From NCBI RefSeq assembly GCF_009914755.1, contig NC_060928.1: a stretch of 64,000 bases of DNA. One strand, given 5' to 3'. The stretch comes from the human T2T-CHM13v2.0 reference genome, Homo sapiens. The notes beneath the pieces were generated by a model. The model did no database searches, was not told the DNA's origin, and worked only from the letters and a program-made list of their open reading frames with translations. This document shows, piece by piece, positions 15,904 to 28,035 of this stretch (positions are counted from its first letter, which is position 1; each line of letters starts with the position of its first letter). Made by a program: the position numbers and the translations under genes.

Positions 15904-16357
15904 TGTATTGGTTTCCTAGGGTTGTCATAACAAATTACTACAAACTTGTTAGCTTAAAATGACAGAAATGTGTTCTCTCACAGTGCTGGAGGCTAGAAAT
16001 CTGAAATCAAGGTGTTGACAGGGCTGTACTCCCTCTGAAGACTTTAGGGAAGAATCGTTCCTTGCTTCTTCCTGGCTTCTGGTGGCTCCCAGCAGTTCTC
16101 GACAGTCCTTGGTTTGTAGCTGCTTCACTCCAGTCTCTGCTTCTGACTTCACATGACCTTCTTCTGTCTCTGTCCCCTCTTTTTCTGTCTTTTATAAGTA
16201 CACCTGTCACTGGGTGTAGGGTCCACTGTAATCCAGGATGATTTCATCTCTAGATCCTTACATTAAAGCATCTGTAAAGACCCTTATTCCAAATAAGGTC
16301 ACATTTTGAGGTGCTGTGTGAAAATACCTTTTGTGGGCCAGTATTCAACACACTCAA
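15904..16357 (-). mobile_element. MLT1C-like LTR
   Basis: TGTATTGGTTTCCTAGGGTTGTCATAACAAATTAC...GGAGGCTAGAAATCTGAAATCAAGGTGTTG...AATAAGGTCACATT. Confidence 0.88.
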
Positions 16358-17699
16358 CTATTCCACTGATTTAAAACAATTTTTCTAAACTTTGTACTGT
16401 TTCACATTTGGAAGAGAGGATATTTGTCTTACTATTTCAAAACTCAGAAATTATTCCTATAAGCCACCAAATTCAAGGAGTATGTGAAAGTGAAATCACA
16501 TTTTTCTCTTGTAACATTTCAGAATCTTGTCATATAATAATTCATGCAGAAAGGCAAGGGATGCTTGCCTAGATCCTAACAGTGGCAAAATGTGTTTTAT
16601 GATTACTGCAATAGAACCTTCCAGTTGAACACTACTATACTGTAAAGAGATGATCTAAATTCATTTATGTCATTAAGAACATCATGTGACAATAGTGACT
16701 GAATCTTCAAAACAATCTTCAAGACTTGCAGTAAAAATGTGAATTCTGTTTTTGCTTAAGTGGGCTATGTTGTATGATGAAGACATTGTTCTATTGCAAA
16801 TGACAGAAATGCAAATAAACCAATTTTATAAAGGGAATTTATTGAATCAAGCACGTAACTAAGAAGTCCAAGAGAATGGGAATGTCTTTAAAAATGCTAT
16901 GGATTTAAAGAACAATATTTTTTCTTGCTTTATTGCTCCAGTTCATCTTTCCTCTTATATTTGGTTTCATTTCTACTGGTGGGTTTTCTTCCTATAACAG
17001 ACAGGCTTTCTGTATGTAGTGAGGGAAATAGTAGCATAGCCCACAGAAATATTCACGGTTGCATCATCCCAGTTTTGTGATATAGATATACGCCTGAGAA
17101 AAGAAACAGTATTCATGAATACAATTTGACAGAATGGTTCTGATTGGTTTGTGACCCCAAATTGGGTCACCTTCCAATTTGGGGGCCAACTATATAGTCA
17201 AGGGATTGAAATGATTTGTCAGAGTAGGCCTGCAACATGTGCTACTGTGGTTGGGGTGTAGTGCGGGGTAGTCTGCAGTCATAGAACAGAGTAAAGCTAA
17301 TTTAGCCATGTTGGGATCAAACTCATGAAACTACTAGCTCCAGGTTCACGCTAAATAACACTAAACATTTTATATGTTGAATTTCTGTGGTTACTCTCAG
17401 AGTATTGATAACAAACATTCAAAATAGATGTCTAAATAACTATGCTTCCTCTTTTTGAGGGACCCTGAAGTAAAATCATTATGCTTCCTCTAGCTTACGA
17501 ATGACTTTTGGAGGGCTTCCTTCTAGCACTTTTAAAAGCGTCGCTCTTAAGAGTGGATTAAGTGTGACATTTGGAAATGTCAGAGGTAACTTTGGCTGTG
17601 AGAGCACTGACCAATAAATCTTACCTATACAAAATCCTATTTATTGAGGGCTTCGGTGTTCATGACATTACTAGGCATCTTTTCTTTGTCCTGTTTCAG

Positions 17700-17883
17700 C
17701 AAATAGGTTTAGCAGGGAAGCAATTCACTCCTTACAAAGCAATTATCATTAGAAAATGTCACTGCATAAATTGTAGGATAAAAAAGCAGAAACATCTGAT
17801 TAGTGACTGATTTAGGAGAGAAGAGTTCATGCCAAGTGGAATAGATATCAGGAACTCATACCCTGTTCTTCAAGTCTGTTGAG
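17700..17883 (+). other. Candidate non-coding exon
   Basis: Acceptor TTTTCTTTGTCCTGTTTCAG| and donor GAG|GTAAGC; motif-only evidence. Confidence 0.25.
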
Positions 17884-18591
17884 GTAAGCTTATTAGAAGG
17901 ATTTCTTTAAATGGTGGAATGGTTGGTAAGATTTTTCCCCAATTCAAACAATAATAGGAAGAAAAACACTTATAATCTTTGTTTAAAAGTTGTCAATAGC
18001 TGGTATGTTTTTATGCAATTGATGCATTTCTGAACATAGCTATAAAATGAATTAATTAGTAAATCATATTTATTAACTACTTCTAGAAAGCAAATTCTGT
18101 GCTGACACCTTTACAAATGTAGTATTATTAAAATCCTCTTAATAGCACTATAATATACACAATATAATAATTCTAATTGTACAAATGTGAAACTCCAGGC
18201 AACTTTTGTAAATTTTCTAAGGTCACCTTGCTAAAGTGAAAATGAGGTATGTAGCCAGATCTTTCTGACTCAGTTTGTCATATATTAAGCAAGCTTGCTA
18301 AATTTTATACATCTCTATATTGGATTCTTTTGTAAGTCAGTCATGTTATCATTCATGTGTAGGTTTGATGGTCAATAAAATTAAATTGGATTGAAATTAA
18401 TTTCTGATATAGGCCACATCTATAAATTTTGCCTCTCAATATAATGCAAGAGGTGTAATAGTAGCTGGACATCGGCTCATCCCTCTTTCTTCGAGCCTTA
18501 CTGTTCTTTGACCCAAGACTGCACATTTAAAAGAGAGGGGAGATGAGTTTTTAACGCTGCTGTGGAGATGTATTAAAATCCCATTTCAGTT

Positions 18592-18670
18592 AAGGTTGCA
18601 GATTTAGCAAATAAAAATTAGTTACATTTGAAATGTTTATCTGAAATTTAAATTTAATTGGACATCTTTT
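18592..18670. mobile_element. MER53-like hAT MITE remnant
   Basis: AGGTTGCAGATTTAGCAAATAAAAAT...TTTATCTGAAATTTAAATTTAATTGGACATC. Confidence 0.6.
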
Positions 18671-19663
18671 ATCTACAATGTTAATTTGAGTTCCTCCAAC
18701 TTGAATCTCTGTGAGGTTTGCTCTTGTTCCTCTTGAATTCTCTTTTCTGTTACTGGTATTTTTTTTCAGATCAGGTCTTCAATGAGATATTCCTTTTTAT
18801 TTGAGGTTTCAAGCTTCAATATCTTGAGTTCATCATCAGCCAGCATCTCCTACCCTGATTTCTTATTTACAGCTTTATTCTCTGGCTCATACTATGACTT
18901 TAAGTTTCTCATGTAATGCATTTACTGTTACATTGGACTTTGACAATCATCCACAATGTGGAAATCTAAAGCAGAAAATGGGAAGGCAGAACAGGAAAGA
19001 GTAAGGCACATTGGCAGGAATTAAGTCTAGAGCTTCTTACAAGGGTAAAAGTTTTGTTGGATAAAATGGGATCAGATATTAGGACTAGCAAATAAAGGTC
19101 AGGCAGTTAAGAAACCTGGGAACACTGGAAAAACTGAGAGGTGGATGATGCAGAAGATGAGCTGGTCATGCACAATGGCAGAGGGATTCTCCTGGAGCAG
19201 AGGTTTGGATAATCAGAGATGGATCATGATTTGTCAGGACTTTCAGGAACTGCTTTGTCCAGAAACAGCCCCTCTTAGTCTTAAAGTTACAACATCCCCT
19301 AAAAAGACAAAGTGCTCTGCTAGAATACTGCACCAACAATTTAGAGAAGAGCTTTCCATTCCCACCCACAGACATGTATTTGGCTAAATATGGCTCTTGC
19401 TAATGAAGAGCCTGAAAACATATCTGAAGAAATATCTACTGAAGTTGCATTATGATATGATATGTAGACCGTAATTTGGTTTGATACACAACCACCTGCA
19501 AGCCCATCCAAGACAAAAAGAAGCTCCAGAGAAAACTTAATGTAGCACGGCCTCACCTGTAGGAGATGCCTTAAAATGAATGCATGACCAGCACAATAGT
19601 GAGAATACAGCATTTGTATTCTCATTCTTACCACTATGTCTTTGTGTGTTTTACACACACACA

Positions 19664-19737
19664 CATACACACATGCTCCACTTTTATCCATAAATATAAA
19701 CACACACACACGCTCCACTTTTATCCATAAATATAAA
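19664..19737. repeat. 37-bp tandem duplication
   Basis: CA(T/C)ACACACA(T/C)GCTCCACTTTTATCCATAAATATAAA twice (19664-19700, 19701-19737). Confidence 0.9.
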
Positions 19738-21135
19738 TCTTAAATACAAATTTAAATTTGAATTGTCCTGAATCTCCTCATTTACTGCTGACCAATTTCC
19801 GTATTAATCTAGTTTCCACTTTGGTAAATGACTTTGTCCTCAAATTTGAATTCTCATTCTGGCTTTTCTGGATAGGCATATACATCTGCTTTCTCTGATT
19901 TTAGATTCAGTTTCTTCCCCAAAGTTTCCAAATACTGGATATTCATAAATCAAATTGTATAGATAATTTAGGACTATCATCTATAACAAGAAATATCATA
20001 AAATTAGAGTGTTGTAAGTCAAATTGCCAAAGGGTCAGCTACAATCCACCACTCCATAGGAACCCTGAGAATAAGAATTCCATAGTTGTCAGTAAATAAG
20101 ATTACAATAACAACAAGAGATTATTTTCAAAAATCATGAAATCACCAAAATTCTATCTGCCAACCAAACACACTGCTGGTTCAATAATCTTTGTTGATAG
20201 GTCTTTAATTTCCTTACATGAGCATTCTGCAAAATGCTTTAAGAATAACTAAGTGTTATACAATGAACTTTGGGAGTCAGCCAGTAGAAAATTAAATAGA
20301 ATTTAGTGTGACTAAGTCACTGTGACGGAATTTAATGCTTTAAATTTTTGTGAATTATGAGGAAATTTCACAGGGGGAACATGATGGAATACAAGTACTC
20401 ATAGCCCTGTTAACTGCAGCTAGAGCAGGTGGAAAGTGTCAAGTTGGGATCCCAGTGGTACAGAACAAATTGTGAATCATGGCTTCTTCCTGTTAAACCT
20501 TGAATCACCTTTAGGATAAAGTCCAAAATTCCTAACATGATCTTTAATGTCAGTCATAATGTGGTCCCCTGTATTTCTTTGTATCATTTTCTCTCGCCAC
20601 TTACTCCGCAACCATGCTGATCTATTGATATACTTGCCATTTCCTGAATTTGAGGTATTCTTCTTTAATCTTGGTTTTCATATAATCTATTTCTCTGATA
20701 AAACACCATCCACCACTCTACTCAACACCTAGTTAACTTTCCAGATTCAGTTTCTTTGTGCTGCCTCTGTTCTTATCCCTGGATTAAGAATTATCTCACA
20801 ATATGATGGTTGCTCTCTTGCTTGCATATCTTCTATATTTGTTTTTGAGTGTCTTTTGAAAGAGAGTGCCTCTTATGCTTCATTGTAAATCTAGGGCATA
20901 GGAAATTTCCCAGCTGACAGCAGTCATTTAAAATATACTTTTTGAAATAATGAGGCAAGCAAACATAGGCAGACTCAGCTGCTGCAGCTTGGAGGATGTC
21001 TAGTTGATAGAAAGACCACGGAATTCCAAGGGTACACAAAAGTAATTCAAACATAATGGCTCCAGTGGACAGCCTCTGATTTTTCTTTGTATAATCTTAA
21101 AAAAAAGCTCTTAAGCAGCACTTTATCTTATATTT

Positions 21136-21147
21136 TACACATGCGCG

Positions 21148-21206
<59 letters not shown>
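21136..21206. repeat. Compound (GC)7(AC)25 microsatellite
   Basis: Direct reading; uninterrupted purine-pyrimidine alternation. Confidence 0.95.
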
Positions 21207-21210
<4 letters not shown>

Positions 21211-21654
21211 CTTCTCTCTACAACCTTTTTGTCTCCTGTAAGTAGTTAGGGAGAGGAGAACACCTGACTGTGTGAAATATGTGTGGGTGGAAATACAAAT
21301 TTCTAACTGTCCCTCTGTAGGTATTTAGGTTCCATTTTTCCACTCTGCTATTAACAGTTGCCTTTCATGTCTCTATTTTCCAGCTTACCAAATTTGGGTG
21401 ACATATTTTTTCTGGTATGTGGTCCTCTCCCATTCTCTTTGTGCTTGTGGATTTTTAAAAAATAATTCCTTCATTATTTGTGGGAAACAATAGAAAAAAT
21501 GTGAATTTATTTCACCAAGTTTAAATGGATCTTTTCTGCTTCAATATTTTACTGATTTTTACTTTGACAAACATAGCTTTGCCCTCATATTTAAGAAGTT
21601 TTGAGTGGCTGTCAATAAATTCTGCAACTGGTTGCCAGGGATGACAATATCATG

Positions 21655-22050
21655 TGTGGTATGCAGAAGCTAGCTTGCAAAAGCTGATGATAATTAAATT
21701 GTTAATTTTTCTCAAGCTTTGTGAGCCAGTTGTATACACAGCCATTATTAAAATTTATATTACATAGCCTTATTATTAAACGTATTTAAAGCAAAGTTAA
21801 GATAGCCTTAAATCTCATCACTTCTTAATTATTTTACTATTTTCTATGTTTTTGAGGATATTTACATATATTACATCTATAAAGTAAAAATACCAAATAA
21901 TAGTGTATTATCGTGTATTTCTGCAAAGTGTTATCACATTGTTGGCTTATAAATTGGCCATAATGAGAGTATTAATGCCACAGGAATCTGCAAATGCTAA
22001 AAATCAAGCTATTTTTTATTCAGAAATCTAGTTGTTAGCAGTATGCCATT
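21655..22050 (+). mobile_element. MER63-like hAT-Blackjack element
   Basis: TTTGTGAGCCAGTTGTATACACAGCCATTATTAAAA...CTCATCACTTCTTAATTATTTTACTA...AAATTGGCCAT. Confidence 0.75.
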
Positions 22051-22301
22051 GTTATGTATCCTCCAAAGTTAAGAAGTCAAAGCACTCCTAATCTGCATCC
22101 ATCACCTTTTATTTAGATATTTCCCATAGTCTTGAGATTTCTGTCTCAATTTCCTTTATTTTCTTCTTCCTTCTATTTCATTCCCTGTTTTCCTCAGTCC
22201 TACCTTTATTCTATCTTCATGCTCTTCCTTTTCTTCCCTCCTTTCTTCAGAAGCTAACTCCATGTAATAGATTTAGCCACTCATTGGCCAAGGTATGGCT
22301 G

Positions 22302-22891
22302 TGTTTGAAATGCTGTTCCCTGGTGCCATAAAGAAATAGCACTTGAACATAAATTTAATTTCCTCAGCAAGGCCATTTGTATACTTTCTGCAGAAAGGGT
22401 ATACGCACCAGCAGTTTTGCCATGAGAGTACACTGAACAAAGGAGACAGGCTCATTTATAACCTGATGCATCCACCCTACTGCTGTGTCCAGTTTCCATT
22501 GGCTGGAATAGGACCTCACATTCTGTATTTGTCCCGATTGGCTAGTAACTTAGAACTTTTTAAAAGAGGCAAAGGTGGAGGAGAACAAAGGAAGGAGGAA
22601 GTAACTTGTGGAATGCTGAGAAAGGTAAAAACACCTTCAAATAAGGAAGAGGACCAGGCTATGACCTAATGCTTGCTTGAACGAGTATAAGCATGCCAGG
22701 GCAAATATTTAGGCTAACTTGTGGGAGCTAAGAACATAAAGTACATTGATTTCTTTATTACGGCTAGCAGATATTTAAGAATGTTAGCACAGGTCTTTGA
22801 AAAAATTTTGCTTCTAAGAGAGGTTACTATTTATTCCTAATTAGATGAGGAGGAAAGTCTTTGAAGAGGAATCTCTACTTTACTTTTTACA
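22302..22891 (-). mobile_element. LTR10C-like (ERV1/HERV-I) solo LTR, complete
   Basis: TG...CA termini, 590 bp, 4-bp TSD GCTG (22298-22301, 22892-22895); rc starts TGTAAAAAGTAAAGTAGAG; two CCAAT boxes, TATA and ATTAAA on minus strand. Confidence 0.88.
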
Positions 22892-23506
22892 GCTGGAAAT
22901 GGGCAGTTTTCCTGGAACCAGAGCATCCCCAAGTGTTCCTCTACTGCTGCTTCCAACTTTTAGAACCAAGGAAGTTCACCATAACCTTTGTACACTCTGC
23001 CTTGGATGTCATGGTTTTATTCTTCAAGGTTTCTCAGTGTGTTTGTGCCAGTTTTCATATACTCTGGATTCTCACCCCTCCTCACTGGCTCATGTTGCTT
23101 GGGTCTGAACCTTCTCCCATTAAAACTCAGAAAAAAATGAATGAGCATTTCATATATTCCTAGAAAAATTCTGCTTCAGTTGCAGGACAGGATGGAAATA
23201 ATGCTACATGTCTTTTAAAAGAGCTTTCCTCTGCCAAGTGGCACCTGATTAATTTACAACTTTCATTTAATAAAACAACTGGATTGTTGTTCCACATGAT
23301 TTGTCCCAAAGCTTTATCTGTTGTTGATGTAATTAATTTCTTACCAGTTCTTTCCCCACTTCCCATTTCCAGACAAAAATATCTACTACAACTAACAATG
23401 ACTAAAGTACCTTCCAAGTTTCAGGGTTTCTATTCCCATTAATCTCACTGATATCCTTATTACTTTGTTTATGAATTATTTAAAAGTCTATATATGTTAC
23501 AGAATT

Positions 23507-23552
23507 GAAATTCAAGATGAGATTTGGGTGGGGACACAGCCAAACCATATCA
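23507..23552 (-). mobile_element. THE1 LTR 5'-terminal 46-bp stub
   Basis: rc TGATATGGTTTGGCTGTGTCCCCACCCAAATCTCATCTTGAATTTC; preceded on minus strand by ATGAC. Confidence 0.9.
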
Positions 23553-24149
23553 GTCATCTTTCTTTACTCTATACATATTCCCCCCGAACACTTACTTAAT
23601 AATTTATAATAAAGCAAGTACACAAATAATTCAAAAAGTGAGTTAATTTTTTTTTTTTTGTAAAATCCAAAGCAAGTAAACAGGAACCACATTTGATGTT
23701 TAAAAAAAATGCATGAGATTAAAATAACTCCTTTTCAGAAACAGAAATGGAATCTCCAAAAGTAAAAGACTGTTTCTATAGATGAAGGAACTAATATCTA
23801 GAGATAATAAATGCCTTTTGAAGGTTGTACAGCAGATCTAAGGAATGAACCCACAATTTGGGTTTGATGTTTGTTTAATTGTAATATTAATCTACTTTAC
23901 TAGCACCATTAATTTATTTGCAGGATCTTAAATGTCAAGCTAAAATTAAAAATATCTTTTTTCTTTTTATATTTTGTCTTTAAAAGTATTTTTAATTTAC
24001 TGCTAAAAAGAGAGAATGGCATTGATTCTTCATCTGCATAGAAAACAGCTCACTCCCTTCTAGCAGATTTATTTTGAATTATATAAACACCAAAAAAAAA
24101 ATCCTCACATACGCTCTGCATTTTTATAGCTTCTTTTTAAGCAAACTCT

Positions 24150-24432
24150 CTCTTCTTGGAAGATCCCCTCCCTTCTTCAAGATATTTCTGCTCCTCCCAC
24201 TACCTCAAACGTAACTGCTATTGTTGTCCTTGTTGCATCCGCATCACCCTGTGCCTCTATTAAAAGCACTTTACACCTCATAATATAATTTAATACATGT
24301 ATGTTCCCCTAATAAGATCTAAGTTCCTCTAGGGGAGGAGCATATCTTAGGCATCTTTGTAGAAACAGAATCAGCCACAGGATCTGGCACACAGTAGGAG
24401 CTCAACAAAAGAATGTTGAAGTCATGAATGTG
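24150..24432 (+). mobile_element. L2 3' end
   Basis: AAGTTCCTCTAGGGGAGGAGCATATCTT...TGGCACACAGTAGGAGCTCAACAAA...TGTTGAA. Confidence 0.7.
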
Positions 24433-24639
24433 ATAGTAATAGATACTAAATTGTTCTCAATCAATAAATTTTTATTTGGGAAAATAGAGCATTTGGAAAG
24501 AATATTTCTTAGGATTTTTTTCACCTGCAGGTAACGTAAAACTGAAAAAAAAAAGGTTTAAATTTAAATTAAAACGTAGAAATGAATTTGTTCCCTTGGC
24601 TGAAAATTCCAAATGTGAGGCAGCTCTCAGGAGTAATTT

Positions 24640-25442
24640 GAGGGTGCGAGCCTCAAGCCTTGGCAGCTTCCACATGGTGTTGAGCCTGTGAGTGCACAGA
24701 AGTCAAGAATTGAGGTTTGGGAACCTCCGCCTAGATTTCAGAGGATTTATGGAAACACCTGGATGCTCAGGCAGAAGTTTGCTGTAGGGGTGGGGTCCTC
24801 AGGGGGAGAACCTCTGCTAGGGCAGTGCTGAAGGGAAATGTGGGGTCAGAGCCCCCACACAGAGTCTCTAGTGGGGCACTGCCTAGTGGAGCTGTGAGAA
24901 GAGGGCCACCATCCTCCAGACCCCAGAATGATAGATCCACTGACAGCTTGCACAATGCACCTGGAAAAGCTGCAGGCACTCAATGCCAGCCTGTGAAAGC
25001 AGCTGGAAGGGAGGCAGTACCCTGCAAAGCCACAGGGGTGGAGCTGCCCAAGACCATGAGAACTCACATCTTGCATCAGCGTGACCTGGGTGTGAGACAT
25101 GGAGTAAAAGGAGATCATTTTGGAGCTTGAAGATTTGACTGCCCTTCTGGATTTTGGGCTTGCATGGGGTCTGTAGCCTCTTTGTTTTGGCCAATTTCTC
25201 CCATTTAGAATGGCTGTATTTACCCAATGCCTGTACACCCATTGTACCTAGGAAGTAACTAACTTGTTTTTGATTTTACAGGCTCATAGGCAGAAGGGAC
25301 TTGCCTTGTGTCAGACGATATTTTGGACTGTGGACTTTTGGGTTAATGCTGCAATGAGTTAAGACTTTGGGGGGCTGTTGGGAAGGCATGATTTGTCTTG
25401 AAATGTGAGGACATGAGATTTGGGAGGGGCCAGGGGATAGAA
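24640..25442 (+). mobile_element. THE1-int internal region, 5'-truncated
   Basis: CAAGCCTTGGCAGCTTCCACATGGTGTTGAGCCTG...GAGATTTGGGAGGGGCCAGGGG (PPT) immediately before LTR. Confidence 0.92.
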
Positions 25443-26357
25443 TAATATGGTTTGGCTGTGTCCCCACCCAAATCTCATCTTGAATTTCTATGTGTTGTGG
25501 GAAGGACTTGGTGGGAGGTAATTGAATCATGGGGGCAAGTCTTTCCTATGCTGTTCTGATGATAGTGAATAAGTCTTATGAGATCTTGCTGGTGGAAGGG
25601 TTTATGGGGTGCCAGTTTAGTCAGTCACCCCTGTGTAGGACACCTCTGGAACACCATAGGGGGCACCTGAGGAGAAACATCTCATTATTGCCATTGTGCC
25701 CCCAGGCCAGTGAGCATGACCTGCTCTGTGGCTTTACACAGAATGCTCTGGGCGGAAACACTCCCTTGAAGCATTGGAATGTGACCAGACATCCTATCCT
25801 AGCTCCCACCAGCTGCAGCCTGGTAAGTTAAAGATTATCATAGTGGTTAGACATATGCTTTGAGCTTAAAGGAAATTCACATAACCGCCAGTGCTATACA
25901 TGTTTCCAATGACGCATGCTCCCCCACCTTCACCGTTTCACCCCGTACCATCTGCTTCTTAGATCAAAAAGATTGTACTCAATAAATTTTCAGGAAACCA
26001 GTGTTCTGGGCCTTCTGCAGCCTTCACTCTAGCAGATGGCCCCCTGGACCTGCTTTTACTCTTAACTTGTCTTTTCTCATTCCTTTGTCACTGCCGGACT
26101 TTGGGTACCCATGGCTGGGGGTTGGGACTGATCTCCCCAACAGGTCTGATGGTTTAAAAACAGAAATATCCCCGCACAAGCTCTCTCTTTGCCTGCCATC
26201 ATCCATGTAAGATGTGACTTGCTTCTCCTTGCCTACCATCATGATTGTGAGGCCTTCCCAGCCATGTGGAACTGTGAGTCTAATTAAACCTCTTTCTTTT
26301 ATAAATTGCTCAGTCTCCAGTACATCTTTATCAGCAGCGTGAAAACCGACTAATACA
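25443..26357 (+). mobile_element. THE1B-like 3' LTR split by a nested LTR
   Basis: ATATGGTTTGGCTGTGTCCCCACCC...GAGATCT // GATGGTTT...GACTAATACA; followed by ATGAC. Confidence 0.92.
25587..26142 (+). mobile_element. LTR3B-like (ERVK/HML-6) solo LTR nested in THE1 LTR
   Basis: TG...CA termini, AATAAA near 25981, terminal CTCATTCCTTTGTC...GGACTTTGGGTACCC...CCCCAACA; TSD GATCT/GGTCT. Confidence 0.7.
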
Positions 26358-26657
26358 ATGACTTAAGTATTAGTAGGCCCTTCGTCTATTGTTGTTGTTA
26401 ATATCCTTCCTTATATAAGAATGATGCTCTTAACTTCTCAAAATAAGGCATATACTTTGACATATTGTAGTGTTTGGTTTAAACTGAGTGTTTCATTGAC
26501 CCCCATTTATTTTACATGGCAGTAAAAGTCAGTGACCAGGGAACGGAATAAAAATAACTTATTGCTTTGCTCAGAATTATTGTCATGCAAAGACTTCTTC
26601 ATTAGGGACACACTCAACATCCCTTCTTCACTTCTTCTTATTAAGAGACCTCTAATC

Positions 26658-27315
<658 letters not shown>

Positions 27316-27660
27316 GTGGGAGATCAGTGCCAAATCCTATCAGGTTTTTATCCTGTATTTCTTAAATCTGTCCTTTTCTCCCTGCTTTCTACTCTCATCC
27401 TTCTCATCATCACCGCCACCACCACCATTACCTTTAGCCTGACACATTTACTGATTGCCTAGACTACTGCAATGGTTTTCTAACTGGTCTACACAATTCA
27501 GTCTAGACCTCTCCAGTCTGTTTTCCACTTTGCTGTCTAACTAATGTTTTCAGAATTCATATTTTGAAGATCAGATTATTACCCACTCTTCTTCTAGGGT
27601 GAAACTTTGCAGATGTTTTCTAATTACAATTAGGATGGAGGCTACAATTTTTAACATGAC

Positions 27661-28035
27661 TGTGTTGGTTAGCTAGGGTTGTCATAACAAACTGCCACAC
27701 ATTAGGGGACAAAAACAGTAGACATTAATTTTCTTATAATTCTGGAGACTGGACGTCCAAGATCAAGATGTCAGCAGGGTTGGTTTCTTTTGTGCCTCTC
27801 TCCTTGGCTTGTAGATGATGATCTTTTCTATGTCTCTTTCCTCAGTTTGTGTCTGTATCCTAATATCCTCATCTTATAAGGACAGCAGTCATATTGGATT
27901 AAGACCCTCCCTAATTAACTCATTTCAATTTACTTATCTCTTTAAAGATTCCATCTCCAAATATAGTCATATTCTGAGGTACTAGGGGGTTAGAACTTCA
28001 ACATACAAATTACAGGAAACAGTTCGGCCATAACA
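27661..28035 (-). mobile_element. MLT1A/B LTR
   Basis: GCTAGGGTTGTCATAACAAA...GTCCAAGATCAAGATGTCAGCAGGGTTGG...GGGGTTAGAACTTCAACATA...CCATAACA. Confidence 0.85.
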
